Notes under the pieces: generated by a model
The model's input: the letters and a program-made list of their open reading frames with translations, nothing else
What the model was told of the DNA's origin: nothing
The model's database searches: none
In this document: positions 8,011-15,160 of the stretch, in pieces
Position numbering within the stretch: position 1 is the stretch's first letter
Layout: each line of letters begins with the position of its first letter
Translations under genes and position numbers: made by a program
Assembly (NCBI GenBank): GCA_964615585.1
Contig: CAZTNS010000002.1
Coordinates: 625-64,624, forward strand
DNA length: 64,000 nt
Source of the DNA: an uncultured Bacteroidales bacterium
GTDB taxonomy: Bacteria; Bacteroidota; Bacteroidia; Bacteroidales; ML635J-15
Reading direction: 5' to 3'

Positions 8011-8361
8011 ATGATTATGAAACATTTAATTGGCATTCTTGGGGTTTTATTTTTTGCTTTAATCAGTTTCAATGGCATGGCACAAAAGGTATTTGCAACA
8101 GATTCAAAGTACAATGCTGATATCAAGGTTTTTGTTACTGACAGCAAATACGATGCTGACCTGGTGGTTCACAAAGTATCTTCAAAGTACGATGCTGACG
8201 ATAATAAGGGATTGTGGTTTTTTACAGATTCAAAATATGATGCCGACAAAATCATTTGGTTTGCTGATTCCAAATATGATGCCGACCTGATCATTTATTT
8301 TACCGACAGCAAGTACAACGCTGAATGGCGGGATTCAAGCAAAAAACACTTGATGTATTAG
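8011..8361 (+). CDS. small secreted six-repeat protein (DSKY[DN]A[DE] core), paralog of the preceding gene
   Basis: 116 aa with the same architecture and spacing as 7645-8001. Both have a KVY/KVF start after the signal peptide, a central DN[EK]GLW[YF]F unit and a C-terminal W-R-x-x-x-K-x-HLMY. The repeat core is different. Confidence 0.7.
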   Translation: MIMKHLIGILGVLFFALISFNGMAQKVFATDSKYNADIKVFVTDSKYDADLVVHKVSSKYDADDNKGLWFFTDSKYDADKIIWFADSKYDADLIIYFTDSKYNAEWRDSSKKHLMY

Positions 8362-8385
8362 CGTAATAATTTTATTGTAGCTATG

Positions 8386-8408
8386 GCCCCAAAAACGGGG
8401 CTTTTTTT
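8386..8408 (+). terminator. rho-independent terminator candidate
   Basis: GCCCC AAAAAC GGGGC is followed by TTTTTTT, which abuts the ATG at 8409. Confidence 0.5.
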
Positions 8409-10403
8409 ATGAAAAAGACCCGAATTATGCTTATCTTATTGATTTGCCTGATTGGTTTTATCGTTCCGGCTTATTTTATCACCAGAAGCGGAATTAAAAC
8501 ATTTTATAAGCAATTTTTCCCAATGTCAGATGAGCTGGTAAGCAGAAAGGACATTGAATATGAAAATATGGGCTTTTTATGGCAAAACGGGAATCCGGCA
8601 CTGTCGTTTAAAGGGTTTTTAGTTAAAAAATCCCCAGACAGCCGGGATACTTTGTTTTACGCTGAGCATTTTGTAATCAGCGCAAACTTGAAACCCAAAA
8701 ACAAGCATGGGACAGGCGTAAAACTCATCTTGCTCTCACCTCAAATACACATATACCCGGACAGTATTTCTGGCAAACAAGAAGTTTCAGAAATGCCTGC
8801 CCATGGTGAAATAAAAACATCACCAACACTATACGTTACCAACCTATCCATTCATGATCATACTTCCGAAAAATCCAGGGTCATTCACGGCATACACCTG
8901 AAAGTTGAACCAGTATCCAACAGCATCCACATACAGGCCAAACACCAGTCTTTCCCCGGCTATTTATTTCACGGGGGAACGTATTTTTCAGCTCAGGACG
9001 GACACTATTATTTTGACAGCAGCTTTGTGGACTTGAATGATGTCAGGTTAACGAATCTAAACCTGCATATTCAAACACACCGTCGCAGCGCCAGTGACAT
9101 TACCTGGGAAACATGGCTCGACAGCACAAGGCTTGAACCATTTTCCACGAGCAGTTTACAAATCAAGGGATTTATTAAATATCATTCGTCAGGCAGTTAT
9201 TCTGACTATGGCAATTCCGAGAACACACACGGACAGCTTATTTGTAGCCTTGGGTCCGATAGTGGCAAAATTGACACAATGCGCATATTGGTCAACAGAA
9301 AAAAAAGCAGCAGTTACAATACCAACAACTTAGCATCCAAGTTAAAATTGGATATTACAAGTCACGATTCATTTATGCACATTCATACTGTCCACAACCG
9401 GAAGGAGGAAAGCGTAACACAGAGAATCAGACATGTGGCCGACATGAATGCTGAAGACATCAATGTACTCAAAGCTTTCACGTTACAAGGTAACATTGAC
9501 GCAGATTATAAATATTATACCACCGGAACAACTGGCGGACAAACAATGGGTTATTCAGAAGCTGACATACAGATGCAACATTTTCATAACACAAATCATA
9601 TCTCTCATAGTGCAGGAGAGTGGGGAAGCAAATGGATTTACACAAGCAGCAAAAATGATCTGTCAGTAGCTGTCAATTTGGATGATATATTTGATCATAT
9701 ATTTTTAAATGGTAAAACTGCAGCTATTAACACCGATATACAAATACGCAGCCTGAACATTCCCGGTTCAAAAAGGACAAGACAAATTCAAATGTCAGAT
9801 AATGAGATCAAAATACCAAGGGTTGATTTTCTTAAAAAACTGGATATGTCCTTTTCCATCTTGGCCGATACCCTTTATTACGATTCTAAACTGCTGGCCA
9901 CAAATAACATCATAAAAATAAACTCTTTGTGCAAAGAAACTGATTTCACCGGGCATTTTCATGTATGCAAAAACATCAACGGCCCTCTAACACTGGATAT
10001 ACAAGGACAATCAATGCAAGGATTCATTGGAAATATATCTACAACCGGCTTAACCATTAAAGATAAAAACAGACTCCCACTCATCAGCAGAAATATAAAA
10101 CTTGAACCGGCCCCAGGTATTGTAAAAGGTTTTGAGATACCATTTTCCTATGATGGTAAGAATTTCAGCATTGAGAGAACAAGCATAAAGACAAGCGATT
10201 TTTTACTGCATCTAAGCGGAACCGGCAACAAAGAAAATCAGCAGTTCACATTGGGACTTACAGCGCCTACTCAACATTTCACAGGGCCTGCCAAAAGAAT
10301 ATTAAAGCAAAAATCTGATTCCACAAGCAAAGATTTAAATACTGTATTTATGCATATTAATCGAGATATGGGAAGTGTTAATATAAAAACCATGGCTCAA
10401 TGA
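8409..10403 (+). CDS. hypothetical N-terminally membrane-anchored protein (possibly AsmA-like)
   Basis: 664 aa with one N-terminal TM helix. The long beta-rich, Ser/His/Asn-rich body only loosely resembles AsmA/TamB-type proteins. No motif is secure enough for assignment. Confidence 0.4.
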   Translation: MKKTRIMLILLICLIGFIVPAYFITRSGIKTFYKQFFPMSDELVSRKDIEYENMGFLWQNGNPALSFKGFLVKKSPDSRDTLFYAEHFVISANLKPKNKHGTGVKLILLSPQIHIYPDSISGKQEVSEMPAHGEIKTSPTLYVTNLSIHDHTSEKSRVIHGIHLKVEPVSNSIHIQAKHQSFPGYLFHGGTYFSAQDGHYYFDSSFVDLNDVRLTNLNLHIQTHRRSASDITWETWLDSTRLEPFSTSSLQIKGFIKYHSSGSYSDYGNSENTHGQLICSLGSDSGKIDTMRILVNRKKSSSYNTNNLASKLKLDITSHDSFMHIHTVHNRKEESVTQRIRHVADMNAEDINVLKAFTLQGNIDADYKYYTTGTTGGQTMGYSEADIQMQHFHNTNHISHSAGEWGSKWIYTSSKNDLSVAVNLDDIFDHIFLNGKTAAINTDIQIRSLNIPGSKRTRQIQMSDNEIKIPRVDFLKKLDMSFSILADTLYYDSKLLATNNIIKINSLCKETDFTGHFHVCKNINGPLTLDIQGQSMQGFIGNISTTGLTIKDKNRLPLISRNIKLEPAPGIVKGFEIPFSYDGKNFSIERTSIKTSDFLLHLSGTGNKENQQFTLGLTAPTQHFTGPAKRILKQKSDSTSKDLNTVFMHINRDMGSVNIKTMAQ

Positions 10404-10462
10404 TAAATACAGATAAAAATTATTTATATTTATACTGATTTTAAAAACCCTGGGAAAATAAA

Positions 10463-12526
10463 ATGAAAAATAAAAAGCTTATACTGATTTTTCTTTTTGG
10501 CTTTATCCTTAACATTGCAACACCATTTTCTGTATCTTCATCAACACAAGATACCATACATTATCTCGGTGATGAAAACTATCCCCCATTTGAGTTCATT
10601 AATGATAATGGTAAACCAGATGGTTTCAATATTGCCCTTTTCAAAAAATTAGCCGGAACGCTGAATTATCAATACACCATCAACCTGATTCCATGGTACC
10701 GGGTTGTTGATTCGCTGGAAAACGGCACAAAAAAGTATGTTACTTCCATGTTTGTTTCTGACAAGAGAAAAGAACATTATTTATTCAGCACACCACACAA
10801 TCAGGTATCGCTCGCCTTGTTTGTCCTTCATGATTCAGACATCAGCAAATTTGAAGATATCCAAGACAAAACCATACTTGTTGTCAGGCGAGATGTGATA
10901 TTTGAATTTATTCAGGATTTTCACACAACGGGAAATATTAAAAGGTATAAAAACTATATTGAAGCTTTGAATGCCCTGGAAAAAAGAGAAGGGGATGCAG
11001 TTATTTGCCCGAATATCCAGGGTCATTATATCATTCAGAATAACAATTTCTCCGGCATCACTTCTCTTGAGATTCCTTTTCCTTTGTTAGAATATTGTTT
11101 TTGCACAACCCATGATAACAAATACATAAAGACCATTATGAACGAGGGGCTGTTGATGCTTAATCAAAGTGGTGAATATGACAGAATATATAAGAAGTGG
11201 TATTCAACTTATGCTGAACCGGATTTTATTGTTTTCCTGAAAAAGTGGTTGCTACCAGCCATTTTACTATTAACCGGATTGCTTGTGCTTGTACTGACAT
11301 GGGTTTACAGTCTCAGACAACGGGTACGAAAAAAAACCCTTGATCTTCGTCTCGAGTTGCATCAACGAAAACTTGCCGAACAAAGCCTGAAACATGCAAA
11401 AGAGAAAGCAGAGGAATCTGATAAATTAAAATCAGCATTTCTGTCTAACATGAACCACGAGATCCGGACTCCGCTGAACAGCATCATGGGATTTTCTGAG
11501 CTGTTACTGGATAATACAGATAAAGATGATTTAAGAAGAGAACAACTTGAGATCATACATAAATCATCTGACCAGTTACTTAGTATTATTGAAAACATCA
11601 TCAACATATCGAAAATTGAAGCAGGACAAATAAAACTCAAAAAAACTAAAATCAGGTTGCATATACTACTGAGTGACATGAAAAAACTTTTTGAGCACAA
11701 GGCTCAAAACAAAGGATTGAATTTTCAACTGAAATTACCTGACAATGCAGATGATTTCTGGATAACAACAGATGAAAACAAGCTTAAACAAACCATTACA
11801 AACTTACTGGACAATGCATTTAAATATACAGACAAAGGGGAAATATCCTTCGGGTACAAACGTATGAATGCTTATCTTGAATTTTTTGTCAAGGATACGG
11901 GATGTGGCATTCCAAAAGATAAACACAAGCAGATATTCGAACGGTTTGTCCAGGTCAGTGATAATACAAACAAATCATATTTCGGCAGTGGGCTTGGATT
12001 ATCAATTGCAAAAGCTTATGTAGAAATGCTGGAAGGAGATATACATGTTGATTCTGAACCAGGCAAAGGGAGTATTTTTACTTTTACCATTCATCCTGAA
12101 GAAATGATGAAGATTGAAAATCCAACAGATGCAAGACAAATAAATGAGATACAAAAACTAAAAGATAAGCGAATTCTGATAGCCGAAGACATCATTGACA
12201 ATTACATTTACATCCGGGAATCATTAAAAAAATACAAGGTTGAATGTGTGCATGCATGCAACGGAGAGAAGGCTTTTAAATATGTACAACAGGAAAATTT
12301 TGATGCCGTACTGATGGATTTAAAAATGCCAGTTCTGAATGGATTTGAATCTCTGGAAAAAATCAGAAAACTCAAACCCAGGCTTCCCATTATTGCACTG
12401 ACAGCCTATGCGCAATATAGTGACAAACAACAGATATTAAACGCAGGGTTTGATGATTATCTCACTAAGCCGGTTAGCCGGGAATCCATTGTCAAGTGTT
12501 TAATAAGAATAACCATCAGAAAATAA
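10463..12526 (+). CDS. hybrid sensor histidine kinase/response regulator with periplasmic solute-binding-type sensor domain
   Basis: 687 aa. Domains are an N-terminal SBP-like domain (YPPFEF...), a TM helix, an H-box (SNMNHEIRTPLNSIMGFSELL), an ATPase domain (DTGCGIP...GSGLGLSIA) and a C-terminal receiver (ILIAEDIIDN...AVLMDLKMPVLNG...LTKP). Confidence 0.9.
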   Translation: MKNKKLILIFLFGFILNIATPFSVSSSTQDTIHYLGDENYPPFEFINDNGKPDGFNIALFKKLAGTLNYQYTINLIPWYRVVDSLENGTKKYVTSMFVSDKRKEHYLFSTPHNQVSLALFVLHDSDISKFEDIQDKTILVVRRDVIFEFIQDFHTTGNIKRYKNYIEALNALEKREGDAVICPNIQGHYIIQNNNFSGITSLEIPFPLLEYCFCTTHDNKYIKTIMNEGLLMLNQSGEYDRIYKKWYSTYAEPDFIVFLKKWLLPAILLLTGLLVLVLTWVYSLRQRVRKKTLDLRLELHQRKLAEQSLKHAKEKAEESDKLKSAFLSNMNHEIRTPLNSIMGFSELLLDNTDKDDLRREQLEIIHKSSDQLLSIIENIINISKIEAGQIKLKKTKIRLHILLSDMKKLFEHKAQNKGLNFQLKLPDNADDFWITTDENKLKQTITNLLDNAFKYTDKGEISFGYKRMNAYLEFFVKDTGCGIPKDKHKQIFERFVQVSDNTNKSYFGSGLGLSIAKAYVEMLEGDIHVDSEPGKGSIFTFTIHPEEMMKIENPTDARQINEIQKLKDKRILIAEDIIDNYIYIRESLKKYKVECVHACNGEKAFKYVQQENFDAVLMDLKMPVLNGFESLEKIRKLKPRLPIIALTAYAQYSDKQQILNAGFDDYLTKPVSRESIVKCLIRITIRK

Positions 12527-12594
12527 GAGTATTCTGGGCGCACCCCAGCTGTTTTTAAAAAACCCGCTGGGCCGGTGTACGCTTGCAAGCTGCA

Positions 12595-12650
12595 CTTCCG
12601 GCTTCCCTCTTGGGCAGGGTGCTTACTTATCCTCCGACTTTGATCCGGGG
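12595..12650. repeat. degenerate remnant of the CTTCCGG/GTCGGAG-type cassette
   Basis: CTTCCGGCTTCCCTC and CCTCCGACTTTGATCCGG resemble the 1746-1780 arm. It is preceded by a CCCAGC...GCTGGG hairpin (about 12544-12571). The 75-aa track ORF here (12457-12684) looks spurious. Confidence 0.35.
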
Positions 12651-12677
12651 AATGAGTAAGCAGATGGAACTGATAAA

Positions 12678-13394
12678 TTACCAACCGGGGTTTGCCTTCT
12701 TTATGGCCTCAGGTTTTCCCAAATCAAGCCACACAGAAGGGTCATGTTCCCAACCATGAATATCATAGTCTCTAGCCAGGTTAAGATAGGTTTCAATGAT
12801 TGAAAATTTACCCTCACCAACCATCATGTCCAAAAAATCCTGAGACAATACCTGAATACCAGAAAATGCCAATTGCCTTTTTACCTGCACATTGGGTCCG
12901 ATCATGCGGCTTTCTCCAGTTTTTTCATTTTTCCAGCCCGACAATCGCAGATGCTTATCAAACAACAAATAACGGCTGGTTTTCCTGTTACTAACCGCGA
13001 GTGTCGACAGCGATGACCTGGCTTGATGGTAATCCAGCAAATATGGTATGTCAATATTATGCCAAACATCCACATTGTGTACCAACACCGGTTCATCATC
13101 ATACAATAAATGCCTTGCTTTTTTTAAACCACCACCGGTATCCAGCAATTGTTTCCGTTCATCTGAAACGCTGATCTTATAATCATCAAACTCCGGTGTT
13201 GACAAATATTTTTTTATCTGACCGGAAAAATGATGCACATTGACCACAAAATCTTTAACCCCATGCCGGGCAAGTTTATGTATTAAATGCCCGAGCATGG
13301 GTTTTCCATGGACTTCCACCATGGCTTTGGGTTTGATATTTGTCAGTGGCTGCAACCGGGTACCCAGGCCTGCAGAAAAAATCATGGCCTTCAT
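12678..13394 (-). CDS. sugar-1-phosphate nucleotidyltransferase, MurU-like
   Basis: 238 aa. The N-terminus MKAMIFSAGLGTRLQPLTNIKPKAMV carries the G-x-G-T-R-L NTP-transferase motif. It lies immediately downstream of an AmgK-like kinase gene. Confidence 0.7.
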   Translation of the reverse strand: MKAMIFSAGLGTRLQPLTNIKPKAMVEVHGKPMLGHLIHKLARHGVKDFVVNVHHFSGQIKKYLSTPEFDDYKISVSDERKQLLDTGGGLKKARHLLYDDEPVLVHNVDVWHNIDIPYLLDYHQARSSLSTLAVSNRKTSRYLLFDKHLRLSGWKNEKTGESRMIGPNVQVKRQLAFSGIQVLSQDFLDMMVGEGKFSIIETYLNLARDYDIHGWEHDPSVWLDLGKPEAIKKANPGW

Positions 13395-13425
13395 AAAGTC
13401 AGGTCTTGTGTATATTGTTTAACAT

Positions 13426-14841
13426 TCATTTTTCCAGTTCCCTGTGATGCAAAACAAGGTCTATGTTGTATTTTTTTGTAAGAAAAACCGCCATTTTTTC
13501 AGCCGCATATACCGACCGGTGTTGCCCGCCGGTACATCCGAACGAAACAGATAAATAATCAAAACCACGTATCAGGTAAGTATCTACCGATTGGCTGACG
13601 ATCCACTTCACATGGTCTAAAAACTCCTGCATGGCCGGGGTATCATCAAGGAATTGCCGGACAGGCTCATCTTTCCCTGTAAGCTGTTTATAATCATCAT
13701 ACCGGCCGGGATTATGTATTGCCCTGCAATCAAAAACATGCCCTCCCCCATGGCCTGATGTGTCTTTGGGTACACCATGCTTATATGAAAAGGATTGCAC
13801 ATCCAGATGAAGTTTATTATTCAGTTCTTTTGTCAAAAATGGCATGTTTTCATCAGCCAACAGCCTGTCAATAAGTTTTTCAAGCTCAGGATAATCGCTG
13901 ACAATATCAAACTCCCGCCGGATGGCATTCAGGTTATCCACGGCGTACGGTAAACTGAGTATAAAATGCCTTTTTTGCTGATGTAAACCCCGGTATCCAT
14001 AAGCACCAAGCGTTTGCAGAACACGTATCAGCACAAAAGCATGGTAATAACGCATAAAGGCTTTTTCATCAATATGGATATGTTTTGACAAATCAACCAG
14101 ATAAGATATCAGCAAATTGTTTTTTGTTTTTCCGGGAAGTCTGGCACGAGCCTGCCAAAGCAAGGATGCCACATCGTATTGTAATGCTCCCTGGCGGCCA
14201 CCCTGGTAATCAATAAACCACACCTGATTGTCATGTATCATTATGTTGCGCGACTGAAAATCCCGATACATAAAATAATTGGCAGGTGCCTGCATGAGAT
14301 AATCTGCCAAAGCGTGAAAATCCTTTTCCAGCGCATATTCGTTAAAATCAACATTCAACAGCTTTGCATAATAATATTTGAAATAATTTAAATCCCATAA
14401 AACAGCTTGTTTGTTGAATTTTCTAACCGGCCATGTGTAATCGTAATTGTAGGAAGATGCTGCGGTTGTTTGCATGTATGCCAGTTGCCGGAGTGCTTTT
14501 TTGTAATGGTCAAACGTTTCCGAATGTACGTCATTTCCACGCCTTTTATCGTTAAGATGCTGAAAAAGCGTTCTGTCACCCAGGTCCTGAAGCAGATAGG
14601 TTGTTTTATCTTCCGACACAGCATACAATTCAGGTATCCTGATGCCTTCTTTCCTGAAATGCCTGGTCATTTCAAAAAACGCCTTATTTTCCGGCACGTT
14701 GGGATTTGTTGCGGCCAGATAAGCATTTCCGTTGATTTCAAAACGAAAGTACTTTCTGTCAGAGCCGGAGCGTGGCAGTGGAATAATGTCTTCCGGTTGT
14801 TGACCGAAATGTGATGTTATGAGGTGCCAAATTTTTTTCAT
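13426..14841 (-). CDS. AmgK-like anomeric sugar kinase (APH fold) fused to a RapZ C-terminal-like domain
   Basis: The N-terminal approx 330 aa carry GSDRKYFRF and the catalytic-loop/DxD region YRDFQSRNIMIH...FIDYQGG...YDVASLL. The C-terminal approx 130 aa (FSYKHGVP...FDCRAIHNPGR...LTGKDEPVRQFL...VSFGCTGGQHRSVYAAEKMA) resemble E. coli RapZ residues after its P-loop domain. Confidence 0.75.
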   Translation of the reverse strand: MKKIWHLITSHFGQQPEDIIPLPRSGSDRKYFRFEINGNAYLAATNPNVPENKAFFEMTRHFRKEGIRIPELYAVSEDKTTYLLQDLGDRTLFQHLNDKRRGNDVHSETFDHYKKALRQLAYMQTTAASSYNYDYTWPVRKFNKQAVLWDLNYFKYYYAKLLNVDFNEYALEKDFHALADYLMQAPANYFMYRDFQSRNIMIHDNQVWFIDYQGGRQGALQYDVASLLWQARARLPGKTKNNLLISYLVDLSKHIHIDEKAFMRYYHAFVLIRVLQTLGAYGYRGLHQQKRHFILSLPYAVDNLNAIRREFDIVSDYPELEKLIDRLLADENMPFLTKELNNKLHLDVQSFSYKHGVPKDTSGHGGGHVFDCRAIHNPGRYDDYKQLTGKDEPVRQFLDDTPAMQEFLDHVKWIVSQSVDTYLIRGFDYLSVSFGCTGGQHRSVYAAEKMAVFLTKKYNIDLVLHHRELEK

Positions 14842-14924
14842 TCTTTAGATTTTGTCATAAAAATAAAAAATGATTCGTTGATATGAACATGTTTTTTGAA
14901 ATATTTCGCCATTCATGAATGAGG

Positions 14925-14998
14925 CCAGTCTTACATGTAACTTTTCCAGTTACTTTTTGTTTAGCGTGATTATTTTTACTGGGGACTAAAAAGTCATT
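14925..14998 (-). repeat. approx 70-bp dispersed repeat (copy 1)
   Basis: Its reverse complement (...TTTTAGTCCCCAGTAAAAATAATCACGCTAAACAAAAAGTAACTGGAAAAGTTACATGTAAG...) matches 23063-23136 at roughly 90% by eye. Confidence 0.8.
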
Positions 14999-15123
14999 AG
15001 CTTGCCACGAAGTCACTAAGACACCAATACCCACAAAGAACAGAATTGCAATGTTTTATACTTTGTAGGTATTGGTGTCTTAGTGCCTTTGTGGCATTTC
15101 TCATTTTTTTTGAGTTTTTAGAC
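14979..15123. repeat. long palindromic hairpin element with 8-mer-phased arms (ACACNAAG type), copy 1
   Basis: The left arm is CCACGAAG TCACTAAG ACACCAAT ACCCACAAAG. The right arm is CTTTGTAGGTATTGGTGTCTTAGTGCCTTTGTGG, about 31/34 complementary. Outer ends are CTAAAAAG.../...TTTTTAGAC. The right half is near-identical to 55646-55700. Confidence 0.85.
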
Positions 15124-15160
15124 ATATCTCATGTATAAGAATAAAAAACATGACTTCTCA

